Assembly (NCBI GenBank): GCA_963736005.1 | Contig: CAVTNB010000001.1 | Coordinates: 1,344,001-1,408,000 of the forward strand | DNA length: 64,000 nt | Source of the DNA: an uncultured Pseudomonadota bacterium | Lineage (GTDB): Bacteria > Vulcanimicrobiota > Vulcanimicrobiia > Eremiobacterales > Eremiobacteraceae | Reading direction: 5' to 3' | Shown here: piece by piece, positions 52,780-62,586 of the stretch | Layout: the number at the start of each line of letters is the position of its first letter | Numbering within the stretch: the stretch's first letter is position 1 | The notes under the pieces: generated by a model | Told to the model about the DNA's origin: nothing | The model's input: the letters and a program-made list of their open reading frames with translations, nothing else | Database searches by the model: none | Translations under genes and position numbers: made by a program

Positions 52780-53297
52780 GAGCGGGGCGTCGTGCCCGCG
52801 GCCTTTTCCCGCTCGCGCTTCGCCGCGCGGCTCCGATAGTGTTCTTCAGCGCGGGCATATCGGCGTTCTTCCTCCGCGGTTTGGGGAATGATTTTGGGCA
52901 CCGAGACGGGTTTGCAATTATCATCCAGCGCGACGAAGATCATCGTCGCAGAAGCCACATGCTTGCGCTCGCCAGTCTGCAGTTTCTCGGACTCGATCCG
53001 GACCCCGACTTCCATCGAGCTCCGATGCGCGTAGTGGAGCGAGGCCTTCAAAACGACCATGTCACCCACATGAACGGCGTTTCGAAAATCGAGCTGGTCG
53101 ATGCTTGCGGTCACACAAATTCTGCCTGAGTGCCGAATGGCGGCCGCTGCTGCTGCCTGGTCCGCCAGCTTCATGATCACACCGCCATGGATGTTGCCCA
53201 TCGGGTTCGTATCTGCCACCTCGACCAGGGTAGCGAGCTCCACGGCTGAGGCGGAAACCGTCTTGCCTGGTTGTTCCAGCGGCTGGCGTTCTTGCAT
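52776..53297 (-). CDS. Acyl-CoA thioesterase (hotdog, YciA-like)
   Basis: DTNPMGNIHGG, VTASID, SSMEVGV and FVALD. Confidence 0.92.
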   Translation of the reverse strand: MQERQPLEQPGKTVSASAVELATLVEVADTNPMGNIHGGVIMKLADQAAAAAAIRHSGRICVTASIDQLDFRNAVHVGDMVVLKASLHYAHRSSMEVGVRIESEKLQTGERKHVASATMIFVALDDNCKPVSVPKIIPQTAEEERRYARAEEHYRSRAAKREREKAAGTTPRS

Positions 53298-53391
53298 GGT
53301 CGGGCCTTCGCGGGGACGAATGCGAAACCCGGTAGGTGCCGAAAAACCTAGATTCGACGCGACTTTTGCACATCACAGTCGCGTTTTTGAC

Positions 53392-53419
53392 CGAAACTTT
53401 TCAAGGCCGTTTTGGGTAT
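53392..53419 (+). promoter_or_regulatory. Putative autoregulatory ECF promoter
   Basis: CGAAAC-N17-GGTAT resembles the SigW-type TGAAAC-N16-CGTA, directly upstream of the ECF sigma RBS. Confidence 0.45.
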
Positions 53420-53442
53420 CTTAACGTGACGGAGGTTGTGCG

Positions 53443-54078
53443 ATTATAGGGCAGGTAACGGACGAGGAACTCGTCGTGCTCGTCCTGAGAGGAGACCAGA
53501 ACGCTTTCGCACCGCTCGTCGAGCGGCACAAACGGGGCATACTGAACTTCGTCTACGCCCTCGTCCGCTCGCCGGAAGAAGCTGACGATATCAGCCAAGA
53601 GACATTCCTGCGAGCGTACGCGCACCTGAAAACGTTCAACCCAAAGCTTGCGAAATTCTCAACCTGGTTATACCAAATCGCGCGCAACACCGCGAGAACC
53701 CATTTGATGAAAGAGCGGCGTCGGCCGCCTACCGAAGATTTATATGAGGACGAAACGCTTGAACAAAAACTACCCGATCAGCGGCCCTCGGCGGCACCCG
53801 AGACGCGCCTGCTGCAAAGCGACGACGAGCGCACACTTCGCGCCGCCTTGCAACGCATCCCCGAAAAGATGAGAGCCGCACTCGTGTTGCGATATTTTCG
53901 TCATTTGGAGTATCAAGAAATTGCCGATGCGATGAGTGTGTCGCTGGGTAACGTCAAGACATTGATCCATCGCGGCAAGGCCGCGCTTGCGCGCGAGGTT
54001 GGATCGCATGGCACGCTTGCACCGGCAAGCGTGCAATCTGTTGCGGAGGTAAGCCACCGTGAAGTGCTCTGCGTGTAG
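53443..54078 (+). CDS. ECF RNA polymerase sigma factor (SigW-like)
   Basis: GDQNAF..LV, DISQETFLRAY, FSTWLYQIARN and YQEIA....SLGNVKTLIHRG; start unresolved. Confidence 0.93.
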   Translation: MIGQVTDEELVVLVLRGDQNAFAPLVERHKRGILNFVYALVRSPEEADDISQETFLRAYAHLKTFNPKLAKFSTWLYQIARNTARTHLMKERRRPPTEDLYEDETLEQKLPDQRPSAAPETRLLQSDDERTLRAALQRIPEKMRAALVLRYFRHLEYQEIADAMSVSLGNVKTLIHRGKAALAREVGSHGTLAPASVQSVAEVSHREVLCV

Positions 54079-54592
54079 GAACCAGCTAGGTGCATTCCAA
54101 GATGAAGCGCTCCCTGCGAGCGTTGCCATGCAAATTCGAACGCACTTAGACACGTGCCTTGGGTGTCGCACCTTCGCCGAAGAAATGATGGTGGTCGAAC
54201 ACCATTTGTCGCGCCTGCCCGAACTCGAACCCGGGGTTGACTTTACGCGTCTCGTCATGAGCGCAGTTGCGACGATGCCGGCCCCCGCACCGCGGCGCTC
54301 GCGCATCGTGTGGCTCGGCGTCTACGACCTGCTCGCCTGGGCGGCCATGATCGCTCTGGCAGCCACCGGCATCTTGCGCTGGAAAGTCCTTGCCGCTGAT
54401 GGCGGCGTTATGCTCGGCAAGTTGGCAGTTTCAGGCGACGCGCTTTATCGGGTTGCGGATCACTTCCATCTCACCACGATTGCACTCGTGGGAGGTCTGG
54501 TCGAAGGCTGCGCCCTCTTGTTTCTCTTGTATGCAGGGCGGCGATATCTGGCCTCGGTGCAAACGGCCTTCTTCGGAGCGCAAACAACATGA
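54059..54592 (+). CDS. Zinc-binding anti-sigma factor (ZAS) with TM helices
   Basis: HLDTCLGC (HxxxCxxC) motif; overlaps the sigma gene. Confidence 0.88.
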   Translation: MKCSACRNQLGAFQDEALPASVAMQIRTHLDTCLGCRTFAEEMMVVEHHLSRLPELEPGVDFTRLVMSAVATMPAPAPRRSRIVWLGVYDLLAWAAMIALAATGILRWKVLAADGGVMLGKLAVSGDALYRVADHFHLTTIALVGGLVEGCALLFLLYAGRRYLASVQTAFFGAQTT

Positions 54593-55548
54593 AATCGAAC
54601 CGTACATTCATGCGAGGGTGGCCTGGCCTGCTTGCAGCGCTGGTCTTCCTCGCTCTGTGCATCCTTGTCCGAGTTCCAGCATTCGCATCTGACAATTCGG
54701 AAAATGACATGGTGGTCTTCGGTGGACAGTACCAGGTGATCAAAGAGGGCCAAGAAGTCCGTGGAGACCTGGTCGTGATCGGCGGGAGCGTCGATGTCTA
54801 CGGCAAGGTTGATGGAGACGCAGTCGCCATTGGCGGCACAATTCACATCGAACCGCAAGGGCGCGTCGATGGGAGCATCGTCAATGTCGGCGGCGCCATC
54901 CACGACGAGTCAAACAGTTCGCCCGGACATGGCGCGATGGTTCCACCGGCACAAATACCGACACCGCAACCCATGGAGCAACCGCAAGCTCCTGAATCAG
55001 GCTTTGATTGGGGATGGACGTGGTTCTATCTCGTTGACGCCTTGCTCACCATTGTCGCGTTCCTGCTCTTCCCGGTGTTGACCCGAAACGCCCGGGCCAG
55101 CCTCATCGACAATCCCGTCATCGCGGGCGTCTTAGGCTTTTTCTCACCCATCATCTTCGTGCTCGTGATCATCGCGCTTGCCATCACGATCATCGGCATC
55201 CCCTTGATACCGCTGGCGGTCATCGTGACCATCGTTGGCTACTTGGTAGGGAAAGCTGCGATCGCGGAATTCCTGGGCGAACGGATCTTCAGCACCACAA
55301 AAAGAAACGCCACCCCGCTCTTGTCCGTCCTCGTTGGTGCCGCACTAATGTTCTTGCTGTGCGCGCTTACCGACTGGATCGGCGTCGTTTTGTACTTCTG
55401 CCTCGCTGCACTTGCCATCGGCGCCACGCTACCGCTGGTGCGCACGATTGCGCCGCGCCGCATGCAACCAACCATAACGCCACCGGGTCCGCCAACGTTC
55501 TCGCCGCCTGTCGATCCGGCGCATATGAGTCCGCCCGCGCCCCAATAG
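54589..55548 (+). CDS. Membrane protein with bactofilin-like beta-helix, Pro-rich linker and multiple TMs
   Basis: GDLVVIGG / GDAVAIGG / GSIVNVGG repeats; ATGA coupling to the anti-sigma gene. Confidence 0.7.
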   Translation: MKSNRTFMRGWPGLLAALVFLALCILVRVPAFASDNSENDMVVFGGQYQVIKEGQEVRGDLVVIGGSVDVYGKVDGDAVAIGGTIHIEPQGRVDGSIVNVGGAIHDESNSSPGHGAMVPPAQIPTPQPMEQPQAPESGFDWGWTWFYLVDALLTIVAFLLFPVLTRNARASLIDNPVIAGVLGFFSPIIFVLVIIALAITIIGIPLIPLAVIVTIVGYLVGKAAIAEFLGERIFSTTKRNATPLLSVLVGAALMFLLCALTDWIGVVLYFCLAALAIGATLPLVRTIAPRRMQPTITPPGPPTFSPPVDPAHMSPPAPQ

Positions 55549-55552
55549 AAAC

Positions 55553-55609
55553 GTGGGCGACTTGACAGTCGCCCACTACACGACGCGCGAATAAATTCGC
55601 GCGACTACA
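55553..55609 (-). repeat. Mixed REP array C' + B
   Basis: GTGGGCGACTTGACAGTCGCCCACTACA followed by CGCGCGAATAAATTCGCGCGACTACA. Confidence 0.88.
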
Positions 55610-55610
55610 T

Positions 55611-57656
55611 TTACGGGCGGATGCCGAGATCCTCGTAAAACGCGTCGGGGTTCACTGGTCGACCCAAGAAGTTTTGCACGAGCACGTCAGGTTCCACGGT
55701 CGCACCAGGCTCGAGAATATCCTTACGGTAGGCCATCCCCACTTCGGGATTTTCGAGGCCTTCTTTCTGGAAACGTGTGAAGATGTCTTGAGCATAGACT
55801 TTCGACCATAGATAGCCGTAGTAGCCCGCATCGTAGCCGCCCATGAGATGCCCAAACCCGGCTTCGGGATGCGTGCCGGGGGTGGATGGGAACGGCGTCA
55901 TCTTTTTCTTGAGATCGAACCAGGTCGTGTCCACGTTAACGTTCGGACCTGAGCTATGAATCGTCATGTCGTACTGCGCGTAAAAAGCTTGCGTTGACCA
56001 CGTATACCCGTCACCTACGTGCTTGAGAGCGACCATCTTTGCGATCAAATCGTCAGGCAGCGGCTGACCGGTCTTGTAATTGCTTGAGACCTGCTTGAGC
56101 ACGGACGGTTGCCACATAAAGTTTTCGAGCATTTGCGATGGGGCTTCGACAAAATCAGGCCGCACCGCCGTGCCGTACAACGTCTCGTAGGGCGCCGTTG
56201 AGAGCGTGCTGTGCATGAGGTGTCCAAATTCGTGGAAGAACGTGATCACGTCTTCGTGACTCAGCAGCGCGGGCTGACCGGGAGCAGCTACCGGCCAGTT
56301 GCCAATGATAGATGATATCGGCTTCTGATAGGATCCATCGGGCAGCACTCGGCCTGGGCGAATCGGAAAGTTGGCGAAATGCTCGAACTTGCCCGGGCGA
56401 GGGAACAAGTCCAAAAAGAACCACCCGATCGGCTTGCCGCTCGCTGTGTCCGTGATGGAGAACTCGCGAACACCCGGAGCCCACGCGTCCGCTGGCACGA
56501 TCTCCGCAAACGTGACACCGAGGAGATTTTGGTAGATGTCGAGCACGCTCGAGACGACGTGGTCGATGGGGAAATACTGGCGCACCATCTGTTGGTCAAC
56601 TTTGTACTGCGATTCGATGAGTTGGTTCTCGTAGTAAAAATAATCCCAACTTGCAAATGGTTTTGGGTCGCCCTGCTTGCGCTTCAGCGCCCCAAGCGTC
56701 GCGATTTCTTGATCGGCTTTGGGGAGGAGCTTGCTGCTCACGGTCGTGAGCAAGCTCTCGACCCGACTGGGTGTCTTTGCCATCTTAGCGTCCAGTTGGT
56801 ATGCCGCCCACGACGAGAAGCCTAACAGATGGGCGAGCTGATCGCGCACGGCGACAGCTTCTTGCAAACGCTTGACGTTGGCGAGGCCGCCCCGATTGGA
56901 GTAGGCGACCGAATAGCGCTTGCGCGCATCGCCGCTGACCTCCGAGATCATGAACGTATCGTAGGTGCTCTCGTTGACCGGCACCACATAACCGGTCGCC
57001 GTCTTGGACAGCGTCGCAAGAAATGACTGGGGCAAGCTCTTTGCCTCTGCCTTGGTTATGGGAATGCTCGTCTTGTCTTCGTTAAGTGCGGACTGAAAAT
57101 CGCGCTCCAGGTCGTTGAGGTGATCGAAGAGCTGCGTTACTTGTTTGCGGCCTGCGTCGGAAAGGCCGGCGCCCGATCGCTTGCCGCCGTCGACGTAATA
57201 TTCGTCGAGCTTTTGGTCGGCTTGCGTTTTTGCATCTCCCAAGGTCGCCACGCGGGCCGCGACTGCATAGATTCGAGGATCCGCAGACAACTGGACTTGA
57301 TAATTGGAGACGCTTTGGTTGCACACGAGTGACGCGTCGCGGACGGCTTTGTCGGGCGCCAATTGAAACGCACCGGCTTGGACGACGGTAGCATCGTTGA
57401 AGTCCGCCTCCGCGGTCTCGATGGCTTGCAGGGTTGCAAAGGTCGCGTTTTGCGGCGGCGCTGCCAAGATTTTTTCGATGACTTGCTTGGCTGAAGCAAT
57501 GGCGCTGTCGCACGTCTGCGAGAGCTGGACGGGCGTGAGGTTAAAATTGAGACCCGTATCCGCGGGCAGCGTCGGCATCGCGGCTTGAGCGGCCGCGGAA
57601 GCAACTGATAACGTCGCGAGGGCCGTGAGAAAAAACGTGAGTAGCGTGGACTTCAT
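55611..57656 (-). CDS. Secreted M3A (thimet-type) oligopeptidase
   Basis: Signal peptide, FFHEFGH, DFVEAPSQMLENF and GYDAGYYGYLWS. Confidence 0.93.
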   Translation of the reverse strand: MKSTLLTFFLTALATLSVASAAAQAAMPTLPADTGLNFNLTPVQLSQTCDSAIASAKQVIEKILAAPPQNATFATLQAIETAEADFNDATVVQAGAFQLAPDKAVRDASLVCNQSVSNYQVQLSADPRIYAVAARVATLGDAKTQADQKLDEYYVDGGKRSGAGLSDAGRKQVTQLFDHLNDLERDFQSALNEDKTSIPITKAEAKSLPQSFLATLSKTATGYVVPVNESTYDTFMISEVSGDARKRYSVAYSNRGGLANVKRLQEAVAVRDQLAHLLGFSSWAAYQLDAKMAKTPSRVESLLTTVSSKLLPKADQEIATLGALKRKQGDPKPFASWDYFYYENQLIESQYKVDQQMVRQYFPIDHVVSSVLDIYQNLLGVTFAEIVPADAWAPGVREFSITDTASGKPIGWFFLDLFPRPGKFEHFANFPIRPGRVLPDGSYQKPISSIIGNWPVAAPGQPALLSHEDVITFFHEFGHLMHSTLSTAPYETLYGTAVRPDFVEAPSQMLENFMWQPSVLKQVSSNYKTGQPLPDDLIAKMVALKHVGDGYTWSTQAFYAQYDMTIHSSGPNVNVDTTWFDLKKKMTPFPSTPGTHPEAGFGHLMGGYDAGYYGYLWSKVYAQDIFTRFQKEGLENPEVGMAYRKDILEPGATVEPDVLVQNFLGRPVNPDAFYEDLGIRP

Positions 57657-58402
57657 GCGTCTCTCTTTCCTATGTAAAGATGCTTGGGATCCAAAACGTC
57701 ACGCAGGAGCTTGAGCTCGCGCTCCGTCGGGGGTGGCAGAACCTCCAGATTTGGCGCGCAACGCAGCGGCCATCCTGCTTTGCTGCAGGCTTCCTTTGGA
57801 TCCACACCCGGATAAATGCCAACCAATTCTAGCTCTCCGTCGCGCGGCGCCGGTTCGAGTATCCCCATGTCGGTGACGACACGGACTGGCCCCGCGCCGG
57901 GAAGCCCGAGCTCCTTGCGGCTGCCATATTTTCCGTTTTGGCCGGGCGAGGTGATGAAATCGCAAGCCGCCGGAAAGGTTCGAGGCGACAGCGGCGCGAC
58001 CACGATCACCCGTTGGGCGTGAATAGCGATTTCGCACGCTCCGCCGCTGCCGGGGAGCCGAACCTTTGGGTGATCGTAGGGACCGATGACGGTTGAGTTG
58101 ATATTTCCATATCGATCGATTTGCGCGCCGCCCAGAAAGCCCACCCCGATGCGCCCGCCCTGAAGATAAAACTGAAAAATGTCTGCCATCGTTGCAACGG
58201 CAAGCGATCCGGTCACGAGCGCTGGATCGCCGATTGAAACCGGAAGGCGTTCGGGCACCGCGCCGACCGCCCCAGACTCATAAATGAGAACCAGATGCGG
58301 CGCATGCGTCGCGCGGGCCAAGTTGCAGGCGAGATTGGGTAAGCCGATCCCGACAAAAACGACTTCGCCGTCGCGCAATTCGCGAGCGGCGCGAACGGCC
58401 AT
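57653..58402 (-). CDS. CoA-transferase beta subunit (GctB/CatJ-like)
   Basis: VGIGLP, IYESG, GGAQIDRYGNINS and RLPGSGGA. Confidence 0.9.
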   Translation of the reverse strand: MAVRAARELRDGEVVFVGIGLPNLACNLARATHAPHLVLIYESGAVGAVPERLPVSIGDPALVTGSLAVATMADIFQFYLQGGRIGVGFLGGAQIDRYGNINSTVIGPYDHPKVRLPGSGGACEIAIHAQRVIVVAPLSPRTFPAACDFITSPGQNGKYGSRKELGLPGAGPVRVVTDMGILEPAPRDGELELVGIYPGVDPKEACSKAGWPLRCAPNLEVLPPPTERELKLLRDVLDPKHLYIGKRDA

Positions 58403-58430
58403 GAGTTCGCTTGGGCTATACGTTTGGGCG

Positions 58431-59348
58431 CTAGAAACCGTAGTTCACTCCCTCAGAAATGAGCGGCTTGGCTGCAAGACTCGCTTGTCGTTGCGCCCCG
58501 AGACGCCGCAGGTAACCCGCGCGATCTTCCACGCCGTACACGAAATCGTCCAACCAGCGCGCCAGCACCGCTTCATCCCGCGAGATATCTTCCCATTCGA
58601 CATAAAACTGGTTGTCGCGGTCGTAGTAGCCTTGCGCATAGGAAGGATGCGCACCCCACGGCTCGCAGACGACCGCGTCCACAACGATATTTGGGATCAC
58701 GGTGCGATTCGGATCCCCTCGGATGACTCGTTCATCGACGAGCTCCTCGACGACGGCAATCACCCGGTTGGCTGCGAATGCAGCTTCCTTTTGCACGCCG
58801 TAGAGACCCCAGATTTGCACGTTGCCGCTTTCGTCCGCTCGCTGCGCGTGGACGATGGTGACGTCCGGATTGAGCGCCGGCACGGTTGCCAGAGCGACGC
58901 CGGTGTAGGGGCAAGTGACCGAGCGAATGAGTGGGTTGACTGCCGGCAAGTCGCTGCCGGTGTAGTCGCGCAGCGGCCAAAATGGCAATTTCGCAGCTCC
59001 CGCGCACAGCCGCGCAACCAAACCAAAGTGCGAGTACTCTTCCAACTCCAGCGGCTGAGGCTGGCTTTTCTCGACCGCGCGGCGCAGGGCATGGAGCGAC
59101 CCGACACCAGGATTACCCGCCCATGAAAAGACGAGCTTGCGGGCGCAACCTGCTGCGATGAGCTGATCGTAGATGAGATCCGGCGTGAGACGGCAGATGG
59201 TCAGGTCGCGCCGTTTCTGGCGGATAATTTCATGCGCCGCGGCGAAACAAATAAGGTGGGTAAAGCCTTCGATGACGAGCGAGTCACCATCGTGCACGAA
59301 GCGTGACACCGCTTCGCGCATCGACATGACCTTGCTCGCGTTGGTCAT
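58431..59348 (-). CDS. CoA-transferase alpha subunit (GctA/CatI-like)
   Basis: EGFTHLI, SWAGNPGVGSL, HAQRAD and HPSYAQGYYDRD. Confidence 0.9.
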   Translation of the reverse strand: MTNASKVMSMREAVSRFVHDGDSLVIEGFTHLICFAAAHEIIRQKRRDLTICRLTPDLIYDQLIAAGCARKLVFSWAGNPGVGSLHALRRAVEKSQPQPLELEEYSHFGLVARLCAGAAKLPFWPLRDYTGSDLPAVNPLIRSVTCPYTGVALATVPALNPDVTIVHAQRADESGNVQIWGLYGVQKEAAFAANRVIAVVEELVDERVIRGDPNRTVIPNIVVDAVVCEPWGAHPSYAQGYYDRDNQFYVEWEDISRDEAVLARWLDDFVYGVEDRAGYLRRLGAQRQASLAAKPLISEGVNYGF

Positions 59349-59353
59349 CCGCT

Positions 59354-59416
59354 GGGGCGATTTTCCAATCGCCCCCTACAGGTCGATTGGGGCGATTTTC
59401 CAATCGCCCCCTACAG
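59354..59416 (-). repeat. Two tandem family C REP units, 35-bp period
   Basis: GGGGCGATTTTCCAATCGCCCCCTACAGG twice. Confidence 0.9.
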
Positions 59417-59423
59417 GCGAGGG

Positions 59424-60767
59424 TCATGCGGGAACGCGCGCCTGCGAGATCACTTCGTCGAGAATGCGCAATCCAATGGCCACGTCTTCCTCGTCGATGA
59501 CGAGCGGCGGCGCAAGCCGTAACGTGCTTCGACCGCAACCCAGGAGCAACAAACCTTTGGCCAATGCGGCCCGCTCGAGCTGGGGAACAAAACCGTGGTA
59601 GGGTTCCTTGGTCGCGCGGTCGCGGACGAACTTCACACCGATCATCAGACCCGCGCCACGAACGTCACCGATCACGTCATGCTTGCGCTGCAACTCGCGC
59701 GCACCCTGGAGCAAGAGCTTGCCAACGCGTTGTGCGTTCATCACGAGCGAGCCCTCAACCAGATCAAGGGTTGCGAGCGCGGCGGCACAACAGACCGGGT
59801 TGCCGCCAAACGTGCTGCCGTGCGTACCGTGACCCCAGGTCATGACTGACTCTTTGGCGACGATGGCGCCCAGCGGCATGCCAGAGGCGAGGCCTTTTGC
59901 GAGCAGCGTCACGTCTGGGACGACGTCGAAAAGCTCCGAGGCAAACATCCGACCGGTGCGGCCGATCCCCGATTGCACTTCATCGAAGACGAGCACTGCG
60001 CCGTGCTCGTCGCAGAAATCCCGCCAGTACTGGAGAAACTCTCGCGGCGGAACGACGTAGCCGCCCTCGCCAAGAATCGGTTCCATGAACACTGCAGCAA
60101 CTTCATCGGGCGCGACTCGTTCGTGGAAGAGTGCCTCGGCGGCGGTCAGCGCGCACGTGAGTGGATCGGTACAGGTTGCAGGCTTGGCACAAACTCGGCA
60201 CTGATATGGGTCCACAAAGGGAAGATGATACACGCCAGGGAGCAGCGGGCCGAAGTTGCGACGATAACGCACTCTGCTCGCGTCGAGCGAAATCGCTCCC
60301 ATCGTTCTTCCGTGGAACGCTCCGCGAAAGGCGATGATGTTCTGGCGCTTCGTATGGCTGCGAACGAGCTTGATCGCGCCTTCCACCGCTTCGGTACCGG
60401 AATTTGTGAGAAAAACTCGTTTGGGCTCGGGCCCCGGCACCATTTTCGCAAGGCGTTCGCACACCTTGGCAAACGATTCGTAATAGAAGTCGGTCGAGCA
60501 GATGTGTAAGAACTTGGCCGCCGCTTCGTTGATGGCTGCGACCACTTTTGGGTGGCTGTGGCCCGTTGAAGCAACTGCGATACCGGCCATGAAGTCCAGG
60601 TAGCGATTGCCGTCGACGTCCTCGATCATGGGGCCCTGACCGCGCTCGACGACCAGTGGGTACTCTTTAATGTAGGAAGGCGACGCGTAGCGCTCGTCTT
60701 GCTCGATAATGCGTCGGGCTTTTGGGCCCGGTGGTGCGGTAACGATGTGCGGATAGTTCTTTGCCAT
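59424..60767 (-). CDS. Class III PLP aminotransferase (GabT/ornithine type)
   Basis: NSGTEAVE, FHGRT, DEVQSGIGRTG, AKGLASG and HGSTFGGNP. Confidence 0.92.
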   Translation of the reverse strand: MAKNYPHIVTAPPGPKARRIIEQDERYASPSYIKEYPLVVERGQGPMIEDVDGNRYLDFMAGIAVASTGHSHPKVVAAINEAAAKFLHICSTDFYYESFAKVCERLAKMVPGPEPKRVFLTNSGTEAVEGAIKLVRSHTKRQNIIAFRGAFHGRTMGAISLDASRVRYRRNFGPLLPGVYHLPFVDPYQCRVCAKPATCTDPLTCALTAAEALFHERVAPDEVAAVFMEPILGEGGYVVPPREFLQYWRDFCDEHGAVLVFDEVQSGIGRTGRMFASELFDVVPDVTLLAKGLASGMPLGAIVAKESVMTWGHGTHGSTFGGNPVCCAAALATLDLVEGSLVMNAQRVGKLLLQGARELQRKHDVIGDVRGAGLMIGVKFVRDRATKEPYHGFVPQLERAALAKGLLLLGCGRSTLRLAPPLVIDEEDVAIGLRILDEVISQARVPA

Positions 60768-60794
60768 ATGACCCCTATGTCGTCTGCGCGGTAA

Positions 60795-60820
60795 TGTAGC
60801 CTCGCGAATTTATTCGCGAG
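60795..60820 (+). repeat. REP family B variant
   Basis: TGTAGCCTCGCGAATTTATTCGCGAG. Confidence 0.82.
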
Positions 60821-60945
60821 AACACGCACGTGGCGGTATTTGTTCTTTCTCGCTGCCGAATGGGCTCGCCTTGCGAGCGAACCGAAAGGTTTGCGGTTAC
60901 AGCGTCAACGAAAGTCGACCGCTCCACATATTTATTAGGCGCTTC

Positions 60946-62532
60946 CTACATCATGCGCGTGCGAGATTGCTCGCGCATGAACTGCGCGACGTAGTACGGT
61001 CCGCAGCCGCCCTTTCCGGTGATGCCGGAACCCTTCCATCCGCAGAACGAATTCACGCCGGGCCACGCGCCGGTTGTCGCTCCCGTCCGGCGGTTGACGT
61101 AGAGCACGCCAGCTTCCATTTCATTGAAGAACGTCTCGATCTCATGCTCGTCGCTTGAGAATAAGCCGCCAGTGAGACCAAGCTCGGATCGATTTGATTC
61201 GGCCAGCGATTCGTCAAAAGACTTGGTAACGCCAACCGCCAGAAGCGGCAAGAACAACTCGCGTGCGAAGAGTTCGTGATCGAGCGGTAATTGCGCGATG
61301 GCCGGCGAGACGTAATAGCCGCGATCGAGCGGCGACGCGGTGAGCCGTTCGCCGCCGACCAGGAGCTTGCCGGTCGCCCGAACGGCCGCCACGGCTTCTT
61401 CGTATTTCTTCACCGAATGCTCGCTGATGACGGGGCCAAGGTAGACTTCCCGCTTCGTTGGGTCGCCAATAACAAGAGCCTTAGTCTTTGTGATGAGCAA
61501 CTCGAGGAATTTGGCAGCGACGCGCTCGTCGACGTAGGCGCGGGAGCACGCACTGCATTTTTGACCTTGCAATCCGAAAGCCGAGCGCATGACGCCGTCC
61601 GAAGCCATCTCCAAGTCCGCGTTCGCGCTGACGATCGCCGCGTTTTTGCCTCCGAGTTCGCCCAGACAAGGTTTTGGGTATCGACCGCCCGCGGCGAATT
61701 CGCGCATCAAACGCATGCCGACGTCTTTCGAACCGGTAAAGGCGACCCCGTCCACGCCGGGATGTTGAATGAGTGGTTCGCCGACGCGCTCGCCCGAACC
61801 GAAAAGCAGATTGAAAACGCCTGCCGGTAGGCCGGCCTCGGCATAGACTCGCGCAAGCTTTGCGCCCGTGAGGGGCGCTTGCACCGATGGCTTGTAGACG
61901 ACAGCGTTCCCACCCAGGAGCGCCGCGCTTGACATCCCCGTGGAGAGGGCGAGGGGGAAATTGAACGGCGCGATAACGACAAAAACTCCGTACGGCCGCA
62001 ACACGTCTTGCGTGCGCTCGTTCGGTGAAAGCTGTCCGAGCGGGCGGATGTACCCGTTGGCGGCTTCAACTTGATCAGCGTAGTAGTCAATCAGATCGGC
62101 GGATTCTTCTGCGTCGCCCAGCGACTCCATCCGATTCTTGCCCACTTCGATGCTCATGACGGCGGCGAGTTCGTAACGCCACTTGCGAATAGTCTCCGCA
62201 GCGCGCCGCATGATCTCCAAGCGCTTTTGCCACGGCATCGCTCCCCAAGCATTTTGTGCCCGTTTGGCCGCGCTCACCGCCGTTTCGATCTGCGCGATGC
62301 TCGCCGTCGAGAACTCCCCAACGACGACGTCGCGATCGATCGGCGTGCGCGTCTCCAATACGGACCCTTTGCCCTCCACGAGGTCTCCCGCGATGAAGAG
62401 GTGTTGGCGCTGGCCGAGGCGGCCGCGGACATCCGCGAGCGCGGCGTCGAACGAAGCATGGATCTCGTCCATGTTGCCGCCGACCGCAGAATAGGTGATC
62501 TTCGGCTGTTTTGCTGGCGCTTGGGTGCTCAT
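60946..62532 (-). CDS. Aldehyde dehydrogenase (P5C-dehydrogenase-like)
   Basis: PFNFP, FTGS, ELGGKN, GQKCSACSR and GWKGSG. Confidence 0.9.
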   Translation of the reverse strand: MSTQAPAKQPKITYSAVGGNMDEIHASFDAALADVRGRLGQRQHLFIAGDLVEGKGSVLETRTPIDRDVVVGEFSTASIAQIETAVSAAKRAQNAWGAMPWQKRLEIMRRAAETIRKWRYELAAVMSIEVGKNRMESLGDAEESADLIDYYADQVEAANGYIRPLGQLSPNERTQDVLRPYGVFVVIAPFNFPLALSTGMSSAALLGGNAVVYKPSVQAPLTGAKLARVYAEAGLPAGVFNLLFGSGERVGEPLIQHPGVDGVAFTGSKDVGMRLMREFAAGGRYPKPCLGELGGKNAAIVSANADLEMASDGVMRSAFGLQGQKCSACSRAYVDERVAAKFLELLITKTKALVIGDPTKREVYLGPVISEHSVKKYEEAVAAVRATGKLLVGGERLTASPLDRGYYVSPAIAQLPLDHELFARELFLPLLAVGVTKSFDESLAESNRSELGLTGGLFSSDEHEIETFFNEMEAGVLYVNRRTGATTGAWPGVNSFCGWKGSGITGKGGCGPYYVAQFMREQSRTRMM

Positions 62533-62551
62533 GAGGTTCCCTTCTGTCTTA

Positions 62552-62577
62552 GGGCGATTTGCCAATCGCCCCCTACA
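62552..62577 (-). repeat. REP family C
   Basis: GGGCGATTTGCCAATCGCCCCCTACA. Confidence 0.85.
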
Positions 62578-62586
62578 TGTGTTGAA

